From Lytechinus pictus (Eukaryota): a stretch of 64,000 nucleotides of DNA. The notes beneath the pieces were generated by a model that worked only from the letters and a program-made list of their open reading frames with translations, ran no database searches and was not told where the DNA came from. Position numbers and translations under genes: made by a program. The DNA lies in NCBI RefSeq assembly GCF_037042905.1, contig NC_087245.1, positions 33,296,001 to 33,360,000 on the forward strand. The letters are read 5' to 3'. Position 1 is the stretch's first letter; every line of letters begins with the position of its first letter. This document shows positions 39,220-50,245 of the stretch, in pieces.

Positions 39220-39881
39220 AATTTATTTCTGTCAAAATATTGATTTTCTTGATATTCAAAAATGATTTCTAGCTAAATACATCTTATATTGGTCATGGTG
39301 GTAAGAAATGCTGTACTTTGACATTCAAAATTGTTGCCATAGGCCCTAAAAGTATGATATACATTGTAACTGGGAACATATAATTTTGACAGAATTTGGC
39401 TTTGCAAGAAAATAAATATTGCATTGTGATAGAAGAGTTAAATATTGTCTAAAACCATGGTTTCTAATGAGATATATCATATATTGTGTAATTATTTAAG
39501 GTGGTAAATGCTGCATTTTTTAATTGAAAATGGTCGCCATAGGCCCTTATCATGTTATGTACAATTGAATGATGACAGATAATTATCACAAAAGGGCATA
39601 GGCAGCTAATTTGAATTTTGAAATATAGCCATTATCCCCTGAATCACATAAGAAATATGATATATTTTGTTAGAAAATAATGTTTTCAGACAATATTTAG
39701 TCAAGCAAAGCCAAAATCTGTTAAAATCATTTGTCCCCTTCACACTATATATACTACCATTAGGGCCTGTAGCAGCTATTTTTACTTTCAAAATACAGTA
39801 TTTATCACCTATCAGGCATATGAAATTATATATATTGTTAGAAACTATACTTTCAAACAATATTTTAATCATATATCACAA

Positions 39882-40278
39882 TTAAAGAGAAATTCCAGTA
39901 GTTGCAGTAAACACTGATTTCATGAGAAAGTCTGTAAACAAGGCTTAACTGATATCATTGAGGATCTAGATCTGGTACAGTTACATAAACTGAACTTCGT
40001 GAAATCTTGAAATCTACCCTGAAAAATGTTCAGACTGAAGACCCCCAACACAGATAAGCGCACGTGGGACAGTGTATAATTATTGCTTTGAATGTCGGGC
40101 CCGACGCTCTACCCGAATCCTGTGCTTATTTGCTGATTTCTCAGCAATTACACAATTTCTTCCAGAATCCTTTGGCACATACGTTTTATTTATACAAACA
40201 GACACTTTGGTGGTCATTTCATTGGATTCTGTACGAACTCATTTTGATATCGTTACCAAAACTAGCATTTACCATTAA
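39882..40278. mobile_element. TTAA-flanked MITE family C, copy 2 (nested in the Academ-like element)
   Basis: Direct match to 20714-21115 (GTAGTTGCAGTAAA.CACTGATTTC...GGATCTAGATCTGGTACA). Confidence 0.82.
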
Positions 40279-41365
40279 GTGCATTTATGGTGCTCACACC
40301 TGTGAAAATTGGTTTCCCAGTTCGCATTTTACATAATACAGTCAATGTCTATGGCAGCCATTTTGAAAGTCAAAATACAGTATTTGACACACACTTGAAA
40401 CCTGAATGATATATTTCGTTAAAATTATGATTTTAGACAGCATCCTATTTATTTATCCCAAATACATGCATTTTAGTGCTCACTCTTGTGATTTATTTGG
40501 TCCTCTTTGTAATTGTACATAATAATGTTAGGGTCTTTGGCAGCCCTTTTGAATATCAAAATACATTTTGTGAACAATTGTTTTTAGTCAGTATTCCTCT
40601 TGTTTATCTCAATTATATGTATCTTAGTGCTCACTCTTGTGAACGTTGTTGGCCCCCATTTCCATTGTACATAATACTGTATGGACCAGAGGCAGCTATT
40701 TTGAATATTGAATACAGCAATTTTCCCATACATGACATAATGATGATTTTCATACATTACTACATTCATAGATCACAATTACTTGCAGTTTAGAGATCAT
40801 TTATGTGAAATTATTTTTCCCTATTCATATATTGTACATAAAAGGGTATACAGGGGTCTATGGCGGCCATTTTGAATATCAGGAAATTAATATTTTTTTT
40901 AAAATCACTTTTCCAGAGAGATTATATTACTCCTGCCACACAATTGCATGCATTTTATAGCCAATGTGCGGGCAATTTTATGATTTTCATGGGTAATTTG
41001 CATATTTTGGCGGCCATATTGGATTTTGCCAATTTGCAGAAAATGCTCAAGGTTATTCGAGTAGCATCATTCAGATTCGTAATTAGCACCCTCGTATTGA
41101 CAAGAAACCATAAAAAAATTGTATTTCTGAAAAAACAAGGTTATACCTCTTCTATCCTGGACTTTTACAATAAAAACAAATTGCAATAACAGTTTAAAGT
41201 TATTGAAACCATTCAATTTGATTGGCTAATAGTAAATTTGTAATAAAAACAATTCATTTGTTACTAGAACAAGTGTTTTAGAAACAGGACCTAGAATTTG
41301 CTGGACTTCTCCCATTTTTGTACAAAAATAATCACAGAACATCATACCACATAGATCTAAAATAT

Positions 41366-41756
41366 TGTAGCATAATGAGTTACGCCTTTAAGATGTATTT
41401 CATAGTTTAATCGTAGAGGGCGATATTTTAGTTGTGATATCCTTTGCGATTATTGGAGAAGTACGTGAGTTCGCTGGGAGCTGCGGTTGCATGCGGTTGT
41501 AAGATGTAAGCTCCGAATAAATCAAGTTGAACTGTATACTGAATATCTCCCAAGTTGCTTCATTTGCATGATTTAGGGTGAGTGAGCGGGTGATCTGGTG
41601 TATTTCAGAGGAGCGAGAGAGTGTACCACGTTGCACAATAGACTTTTGTGAGCGAATCCGCCTAAAAAAGATATAAAAGTGAGGAGGAGCGTGGACCGGG
41701 TTCTGGAGACTGCGAGACGGCAGAACGCTACCCCGACAGAGCTCGGTTACGCCACA
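41366..41756. mobile_element. Solo LTR (Gypsy-like), 391 bp
   Basis: Starts TGTAGCATAA and ends TTACGCCACA (imperfect terminal inverted repeat, TG..CA). 4-bp TSD ATAT at 41362-65 and 41757-60. CpG-rich relative to the flanks; internal AATAAA. Confidence 0.72.
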
Positions 41757-41889
41757 ATATCAAAGAGGTTCAGAAATATTTTTCTCTTCAGAATATTTTC
41801 AAACTATGCTTTGCCCACCAGTGTTAGCTCATAAGAGAGGATTGTTGTGACAGAATTTTATCAGTGTAAACTGAAACTCACCCTGTCTA

Positions 41890-42303
41890 TTAGGTAAATT
41901 GCCAAATCATCAACTGCCAACTCGTCCACTCACCACATGGTCAATCTTCATTTAGTCTAATGCCTTTCCGTTCATCAACATTTCCTCTAACAACCATTTG
42001 GTCCAATAACATTTGGTCCAATCACTTTGTCTAATCACCAGTTCGTCTAAGACCATTTCATCTCAGTTGGTCTAATATCCATTCTATTTTCATTCATTTT
42101 GCCGAATTAACACTTAGTCCAATGAGACCAAATGGTACTGTATATGGACTAAATGGGTATTGGACCAACTGGTTATTAGAAGAAATGATGAGTGGACAAA
42201 ATGGCAATTAGACCACATGGATAGTGGAAGAACTGATGGCAGACCAAATTACAGTAGACGAGTTGGTAATTGGACGAATTGGCATTAGACCAACTGAAAA
42301 TAA
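41890..42303. repeat. Palindromic element built of short GTCTAAT/ATTAGAC and GGACCAA subrepeats
   Basis: Subrepeats flip orientation near 42125. Confidence 0.6.
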
Positions 42304-42327
42304 AGGGTCTATTATTGATAAAGCATA

Positions 42328-43642
42328 CCAGGGGCCCGTCTTACAAAGAGTTGCGTTGGATCCCAATCGCAACTATGGAAAGCCAGCAAAGTCAACATAT
42401 GAAATGCATGTTTGTTAAAAAAACTTTCTAGATATGAATGTATATCCATAAAGTCATTGATTTCTTGACAATTTGGTGTGTTTTCCTTTGTTTACAAAGG
42501 ACATTTTGCCAATTTCCTGTAGAAAAAATCATGACACTGTTGGATTTCCATAGAATTACAATTGATTGGATAAATTAAGGAGGTACAAAAGTATTTGCAA
42601 GATGATTTTGATTCAATAAGTAAATGGCTAGACTTAAATAATATGCATTTACACCCGCAAAAAACAAAAGCCATGGTATTTGGTCAAAAGAAAAAGTTGA
42701 GGGGTGCTCATTTGTCAGTGAAATTCAGGAACATACAATTAGAAAATGTAAAAAAGATTAAATACTTAGGTGTCATGCTCGATCCGGGCTTTACTTGGTG
42801 CGAACATATTACTAATATCGTTTGTAAAATATCTCGGGCAATAGGTTGTGTAAGGCGGATTAAGCACTTACTGTCCTTTGATATTATGAAGAAGCTGTAC
42901 TTTTCTATGATTTTACCTTACATTGATTACTGTATTACATCTTGGGGAAGCAGTGCAAAAATACATTTAGATAAGATACAAAAACTTCAAAATAAATATG
43001 CCAGAATGCTTTTGAAAAAAGATTATAATACATCACAAATTTCTTTGTTGCAGTCACTGAAGTGGCAATCAGTAGATCAGCGTATAAAATATCAGTATTG
43101 TGTTCTTGTATATAAAATAATGAATGATTTAGTTCCAAATTATTTAAAACCTTTAGTATGTAAACGGCCCGTGAAATACAGGACACGGTATTCTTTACGA
43201 TGCCCCCTTCAGCTTCCCAAAGCTAGAATTGAACATAAAAGAAAATCTTTCGCATATGTCGGACCCAAATTATTTAATGCACTTCCTTCAAATTTACAAG
43301 TTTGTACCTCCTTGTTAGTTTTTAAAAAATTATGCAAAGCCTTTCATACGATTTGATAAAGAGCGAAATGATATTCCATTGATTTACAATGCTATGTATG
43401 TTTAAATTGTCACTTCCCACTCTATATTTTGGTGTTAATTGTTTCTGATGTTAGATATTTTGTATTTTGTATTTTTGATGTTGTTTGTTGTCGTTGTTCA
43501 TAGTTATCTTGACATGTATTTTAAACTGCAGGGCGCCTTTGTAAAGCAGTTTTAAGAACTGAACAGGCCTACCCTGCAGTATAAAATAAATAAAACAAAA
43601 TAAATAAATAAATAAATCGTAACTCTTTGTAAGGGGCCCTGG
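42328..43642. mobile_element. Harbinger-like MITE interrupted by the LINE
   Basis: TIRs CCAGGGGCCCGTCTTACAAAGAGTTGCG / CGTAACTCTTTGTAAGGGGCCCTGG. Confidence 0.75.
42576..43617 (+). mobile_element. 5'-truncated CR1/L2-group LINE: ORF2 C-terminus, 3'UTR and (TAAA)n tail
   Basis: ORF 42595-43356 carries post-RT motifs (LQDD..ISKW..N.MHL..KTKAM, KYLGVMLD..W..HI, LY.SMILP.IDYC...W). Terminal CAGGG...CCCTG hairpin and (TAAA)n tail; ATAAAT at both junctions. Confidence 0.9.
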
Positions 43643-44130
43643 ATTCTGTCTTTTTTTCTTGGGACAGAGCAATGGGAACAGGCTGTACACACACAGCTCT
43701 TTTCACACTCAATTTCATATGACTTTGACTTTTTGTGTCAGTGTTGAAAGAAGTGTATTCCTACAAAAGAACTTGAATGTCACATGCTGTGAAAGGTGGG
43801 CAATCAAAAAGCCTTTTAAGACCATCAATCAAGAGAGAAAAGTCATGTGGCGACAGTTTGGCAACAAAAACGGAATGCTGTAGTTATTTTCCAAAATCAA
43901 CAAAAGAAAGTAATAACCATTTTTTCTTTTCAACCGTTTATTCTATTACAAGTATGGGGGTCTCCAATTATGACCTAGTATCATGGTATTCCAGAGAATA
44001 TAATAACTCCTCCAAAATAAAATAAAAAATATACTGAAAATAAAGGAGCCTACATGTAGCTTCAGTTGTCAGATGTAAGATTGTATATTTTGGACATGTT
44101 TCATCCTTTTTTAGAATTTTAGTTATGTTT

Positions 44131-44620
44131 GTGTGGTGGTCTAGTGGTTCTGACACTCATCTTGCAACAGAGGGTCCTTGGGTAGAATCCCAGCCGTTAC
44201 ATTTTCATACAGCAAGAAATTTATCCACAATATGCTGCACTCAACCAAGGTGAGATGAATGGGTCCCAAGTAGGATAAATTCTCTGGCCCGTATTCTGAA
44301 GTCAGGTTTAACTTAGACCATGTCTAACTCTGTGCTAAAATTATGGGAAGCCAAAAGTGTCAAAATTTTCATTCAGTTGTATGTTTCTTAGGTTTACTGT
44401 GCTCTTTCCTGATTAATCGATGGTAGAGACAATCATCTATTTATACTTCCTAGACAATTACGAATGATTTGAGAGCCAAATGAGCTGAAATATCATATCT
44501 CTACAGTTTATGATTTATGTAACAATTGGCTATCAATACTTAAGCCACAACTTTAAACCTGAGTAGTTAAACCCGACTTCAGAATACGGGCCTCTGAATG
44601 CACTGAACACTGCTGATAAA
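44131..44620 (+). mobile_element. tRNA-derived SINE interrupted by MITE E
   Basis: TGGTCTAGTGG A-box, degenerate B-box (GGGTAGAATCCC), then GCTGCACTCAACC.AGGTGAG.TGAATGGGT core, resuming after the MITE as TGAATGCAC. Confidence 0.65.
44286..44592. mobile_element. MITE family E, copy 2 (inverted, inside a SINE)
   Basis: Reverse complement of 21649-21960; TCT on both flanks. Confidence 0.88.
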
Positions 44621-46063
44621 GAGGAGGCTCATTCAAAAGCAGGAGTAATGAAAGTTGTGCTTTGTATGGTTTTGCAAAAATGGGGAACATAAATCAAGCT
44701 ATTTTGAAGTCAGATGCAAGAAAGTCAGCTGGAAGCTCCTTGGTGTGATCAATGCCTATCCCCGATCTTCTCAGCCTATAATTCTCAATTTTCTATTTTA
44801 ATATCACAAATATTCTATTTTTTAACAGGTTGTTACATAAAGAAATTGTTTTTTTTAATGTCAAGTTACCATGGGAACATGAAAGACCACTGTTCTGTTT
44901 CCTTCCTACAGAGCCACACCAATGATCGAAACTCAAGACTCACAAAATGGGCTGACACAAAATGTTCAAATAATCTGACAAAATAAAATATCCTGTTACT
45001 CCCTTTTGGTGGAGTGACTCCGAGTCTGTTTGAAAAAAAGTAATGAAAAGCTTCTGGTCTTGATTCCCTATTCTGACCCTGTTTGCTCTTGAAAAGTGGC
45101 AGGTTCACTTCCCCCAAATCTTGCACGCAATGATATAAAAGTCTTGTTTCTTAAAAGCATTTTTGGAAAAAGCACAGGTCTTTGTAACATGGAAGGAGCT
45201 TGTCCAAATTTGAGCAACATAACAGAAAAGTTGCAGTCTGGCTAGAAAAAAAGATAGATAGGAAGAAAATACAAAGTAAGTGGGTAGGAGAGTGGGGTCG
45301 GAATATACCAAACAAGAAATATAGACAACACGAGAGAGAAGGAACAGGGATATGGAGTATAGATCTATATACTACAGAATTGTGGAATAGTGGTCAACTT
45401 CCATAATCCTGGACCATGAATTCTCGGGTTCAAATCCCACCACAGAACTAACATTCTACGAAAAGACCTGAAATGCACCTCATCATGCAAAAAATACTTG
45501 CATACATTGTGTTGGGGCAAGCCATAATCTGATAAGGGGATTTACACGTATGATTTACCTTTAAAGCTCTTTTGTGTGAAGTCACAACGTATTTTATATT
45601 ATTATTAAATTACTTTATAAAGAATATGTTATGGAAGTACATAATGTATGATGAAAGGATGTATGGGATTATGAACCCTATTCCTTTGTACTGTAACAGA
45701 AACATCGATAAAATCCTGGGAAAATGCTAAAAAAGAAATCTCAAGCTTGTCACTTTGAATGATTTTTCATCCAAAGGCATGTTTCATTTCTTTCATTCTT
45801 GAATCTTTTCTTCTCCTGCCAAAAATCCCCTCAAAGGACTCACCGCTCAATCTCCTTTTCTTTCCATTCTTTTTCCTTCTCTCTTTCTCCCAATCTCTAT
45901 CTCTGTTACTCTCTCCAGCTTCAATTGACAATTAAAACAGCATTCGAGGACAAAATCTAGCTCTCCCCCACCCCCATCTCTCTTTCTGTTGTGCTCTCTC
46001 TCTCTCTCTATCCTTTTCTCTCTGTTATTCTCGATCCACCTTCCACACAAAGCACAAAATAGC

Positions 46064-46610
46064 CCCGGGGGGGGGGCACTCAGTATATAATGCATAGTGG
46101 GTATGTGCCGCGGAGGGGACCCCCATTTTTACACTCAAATTTCCGATCCAAGGCATAGCATTTTTGTCTTTTTGAGAAAAAGAACAAAGAAAGCCGCTCC
46201 AAGGCATAGCATTTCCTTCTTATCGAGAAAAAAAGAAGAAAGAAATCCGTTCCAAAGCTTCGCATATTTTTCGTTACGCCGTTCCGGTCGCATTGATCTG
46301 CTACAAGGAGCTGCAATTTTGGTGAAAAGCGGCCGTAGAGCGCTTTTCGACCATCGCCTATAAGCGCGAGCGCACCCGGCGGAGGCCGCGCTAGCTGCGT
46401 CATGCACGATTGCCCGTTCCATAGGGATGCATACGCACTCACAGAGATACGGAGATCCGTTCCGAGGACCCCCGTTTTCACAAACATTTATAGTTCCGAA
46501 GCCCGTTCCGAGGACCCTCCTTTTTACAATAAGCCCGCTCCAAGGCCCCCGTTTTTTGCCTCGCCCGCGGCACACCCCTACCACTTTTTTGGTCGAGTGC
46601 CCCCCCCGGG
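46064..46610. mobile_element. CCCGGGGG-ended non-autonomous DNA transposon with 8-bp TSD
   Basis: CCCG(n)CACTC / GAGTGC(n)GGG; TSD AAAATAGC at 46056-63 and 46611-18; GC/CpG-rich. Confidence 0.88.
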
Positions 46611-47164
46611 AAAATAGCCCAATATAGAACACAATCTGGCTCACTGATCTGGGGCCTGTTGCTGAAAGAGATGTAATCAATCACAACGCCTATCAGAGTA
46701 GTAGGTCCATGATCGACACAACCTTATTCTGGTCAAATCAGCCAGAGGTAAGAGGGACTTGTGATTGATTTTTTTAGTTGCAATTGAACGCAACTCTTCG
46801 TGCGACACACGATCCTGGTAACTGTAAACAGGAAGAATAAGAAGAATGTTACTTCATCCTGTTTTTCCTTTCATCCAGTTATGGTAGCCTCAAATATTCA
46901 TGTAATGCACTTAAAAAAAATAATCTTAAATCCTGTTTTTCTAAGCAAGAAACTTGGCTTGGGGGGCGGAGGGGAAAATGAGACTATCTTGCAAAAGTGT
47001 TGATACAGCATTGATTATAGACTTGGGACAGAGTTCTAAACTTGAAATAGGCCAGGTTATAAAATGTGATATTTTTTAGAGAGAGACTTTTATTGCAACC
47101 ACTAGCATTACTAGGGTGGGAATAAATTCCCAAATTATGTGCATGAGTGGTGAGGATATGGTTT

Positions 47165-47358
47165 GATAATAATAAATAATACTAATAACAACCACAAGAA
47201 CAACAATAACAAAAACAACAGTAACAAAAATAATAATATCAACAACAATAATAATAATAATAACAATAATAATAAAATAAAAGTGATGATTATGATACAA
47301 CTACTACTAATAATAATAATAATAGAAATAACAACAATAACAACAACAATAATGATAA
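47165..47358. repeat. (AAT/AAC)n microsatellite
   Basis: Directly visible. Confidence 0.95.
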
Positions 47359-47918
47359 TCCTCTTTAAGAACGTTTACAACTGCTTTGCAGATATCACTT
47401 GGTCATTGTTCTGGCTTGCCCAAACACAACTTGTGCACTTTCTCCTTTACTATAGAGAGCATTCCAGCGAGGGCTAATGTGTTAGGCATGCTATATTGAC
47501 TTCTGCATCATACTAGGTACCTACTTAATACCTGGGAAGAGCTTGAAAAATCGTAGATTGATGTTCTGTTAAAGGACAATGTGGTCAACATTACATTGGA
47601 TAGATTGACTGGTTAATAGTTGTACAAAAAAGCTCAGTTTTATAAGTGAAAATGGGATTAAAAAACATTCTGAAAGTCTGATGATGTAATATCCATGAGA
47701 AATATTTATTATAAAAAAAAGGAATAGTAACGTCAGAAGAAAAATCTTTATTATCTAGTGACTATTTTCTAATAAATTTCATTTCTATTTTGATTCCCTT
47801 GTGGATTTTGAAAAAAATAATTTTGTGACTCATCAATGAGGTCAATATAGTAATATAGTTATAGTTTTGATGAAAATAAATGTCTCTTTAACGTGTGTAA
47901 TATCGATGGGAATTATTC

Positions 47919-48514
47919 TTAAAGGAGAATGAAACCCTTGAAACCAGCTGAATCAATATCAAAGAGAAAAATCAAAGAAACATATTGTTGAAAGTTTGAG
48001 GAAGATTGAATGAATAATAAGAAAGTTATGAGCATTTGAATATTGAGATCACTAGTGCCATATAGATCCTCCCATCGGCAATGCGACCAAGATCTGTGAT
48101 GTCACACACGTACAACTCCCTCATTACTTTAGTACTTATTTCACTTATATTCTCACTTTTATAGAATCTATCACAAGGTGAGGTGTTCTCTTTATGAGAT
48201 AACAAGTACAGAGGTTTCACAACACTATATCATTGATGAATCATTTGTCATATAGTATGATTAGAATGAGCAAAACGAGATGTTTTGGGGTATATTTTCA
48301 GTGTCCAAATGGGAGAGTTGTACGTGTGTGACATCACAGATCTTTGTCGCATTGCCAATGGGATGATCTCCATAGCATTAGTGATCACGACATTCAAATG
48401 CTCATAACTCTTTTATTGCTAGTCCTATTTTACTCAAACTTTTGTTGATCTTATTCTTTGATTTTTCTGCTTTCACAAAAGCTAACTTGCTCCAAGAGTT
48501 TCATTCTCCTTTAA
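47919..48514. mobile_element. TTAA-flanked MITE family A, copy 2 (inverted relative to copy 1)
   Basis: Near-identical reverse complement of 3512-4106. Confidence 0.88.
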
Positions 48515-49384
48515 ATAGTGAAAATCAGAGCTAATGTTTGAAAATGAAAATACAGAAATCTATATTGGTAGATTTGGTTATTTTGACTGATCTAAGAGCG
48601 CATACATTATATACAAAGTCAGATGGGATGATGTGAGGCTGGGTGGGTTGGTATTCTTAAGAAAGGGGTCCTCTTTATCAGATGGTCTTGTTACACAGAT
48701 CACTCCATACCAAAGTCAGCAGGAAACATACTGATATCCTAGATATTTTACAGTAATGAAATTCCCATCTCGAGCTGCGAGCCCTGAATGACATAGCAGT
48801 ATGTTCCTGATCGCAAGCCCACGTGTTTAGGGTGAATACAGCGTATTGAGAACGTATCAGTTGGGGAAGGGTGATTGTGTACAAACACATCTATTCCTAG
48901 AACATCACTTTTCTTTCACCCTTTTTTTCTTGTGTGAAGCTGACATGAAAAATTTATCTTGATAACGGCGAAAAATTTATCTTGATAACGGCTAAAAATC
49001 CTTGATATTGGTTTAAATTTTGGAAATTACATATGACATGAGATTTTTCACCAAGATTTCAATATCATTTTTTATCCAAGCCAGTAAGAATTTATGTTTT
49101 CTATCAATAATTAAAAATTTTCAGGAAAATACCATCTCTGCATTAGATTTTGACCTTGTGAATAAGCAGTCTTTACTTTGAGAAACAAGATACTCTTTCA
49201 AAAAATGCCAGTCATCGCCATGGTGATGTCACTATACCTATCTTATGATCTGAAACTTGAAGATGCCTAGCAATATACTTCAAAGCAATTGCAAATTTAA
49301 TTTTGAGTCTGAAAACAAGCACAAGTCCTGCGATAACTCACATATTCCAGACTTGTAAAATGACTTTATTCACTAAAGTTTTCA

Positions 49385-49733
49385 AATTAGCGCGTTATTT
49401 CTGATCCAGCAAATTATCCCGATCTGAACAATCTCGAGATTATTTGTAATGGAGACGCAATTATTGCGCTAGTTCGTAGGATTAATCTCGAGATTGCAAT
49501 CCCAAGTCAACTTGGGATTATTTGCAAAATAGCACGCTATTTTACGAATTATCCCGCTAGTTCGCAGGTGCAGACGCACTCGGGATTATTTATTCACGGC
49601 CTTGCTTGAGCAGGAATCGCTCTTCTTGCGATGGTGGAGACGGGGTTTCTTAAATATCGAGATTAATCGCGAACAGGGCCGATCGGGCTAAAATCTCGAG
49701 ATCGAGCAAACTCGGGCTGGTGCAGCACCGCCT
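49385..49733. mobile_element. Partial CpG-rich MITE
   Basis: Abrupt CpG-rich block with repeated AATCTCGAGATT / ATCCCG motifs; only one terminus seen. Confidence 0.5.
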
Positions 49734-50136
49734 ATTGATGACTGAGAGAATCTTCTTTTTAAGGGGATACGAACCAGTAGCCTTAATAGCCCAACCTCAA
49801 GTCCCTAACTACTCATATCTGGCCAGGTTTATTATCCATAGTGCATCATTCTGAGAATTGTATTGTTGTAATATAGGCCCACTTTATTGGTAACACACTA
49901 ATGCACAATTCCATACATTCACATCGCAATAATTACATTACCGAGTAGCAATCGAACATGTACACGTACCTTTCCTCTAAAAACCAACTTAGTTTTTATA
50001 CACAAATGAAATTACAGGCTAATTTATCGTCTATATCTCTAATTATTATCTCAAAAGGTATATTTCAAGACTAGTAATTTATAACACAGAGTCAATGAGA
50101 GACAGAACGCATTGTTTGTCCGTTCGCTCCCCCTAA

Positions 50137-50245
50137 AGCCTCTTTCACAATTGGTGGTGCGACTGCTTACAACCGTTGCGATTGTGTGCAACTTATATGT
50201 GACCAAGTGATCGCAACGATCGCACAAGCAATTGTGAAAGCCCCT
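50137..50245. mobile_element. Small hairpin MITE
   Basis: CTTTCACAATTG / CAATTGTGAAAG inverted ends with a CpG-rich core. Confidence 0.55.

Larger units (their letters stand above)
32489..41164. mobile_element. Non-autonomous long-TIR DNA transposon (Academ-like) containing the LRR-Ig cassette
   Basis: Left end TCGTCCAGGATAG (32489) and right end CTATCCTGGACTT (41164). 32489-32731 aligns by eye to the reverse complement of ~40915-41164. TTA lies on both flanks (32486-88, 41165-67). Subterminal GGCRGCCATTTTG-type repeats switch orientation at ~39700. The Academ assignment rests only on degenerate TAG..CTA ends, the 3-bp TSD and long TIRs. Confidence 0.78.
32462..41294. mobile_element. Small Harbinger-like MITE split in two (32462-32488 and 41165-41294) by the 8.7-kb element
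   Basis: Joined halves read GGGACCCGTTTGACAAAACTTGTTA-CAATAAAAACAAATTGCAATAACAG...GAAACAGGACC, matching uninterrupted copies at 24948-25085 and 10731-10871. Confidence 0.75.

Noticed and set aside
42595..43356. Domesticated RT-derived gene
   Set aside because: No start codon or catalytic YADD-type motif; standard 5'-truncated LINE with tail.
46080..46684. Cluster of overlapping ORFs
   Set aside because: Produced by the GC-rich MITE; no transposase motifs.
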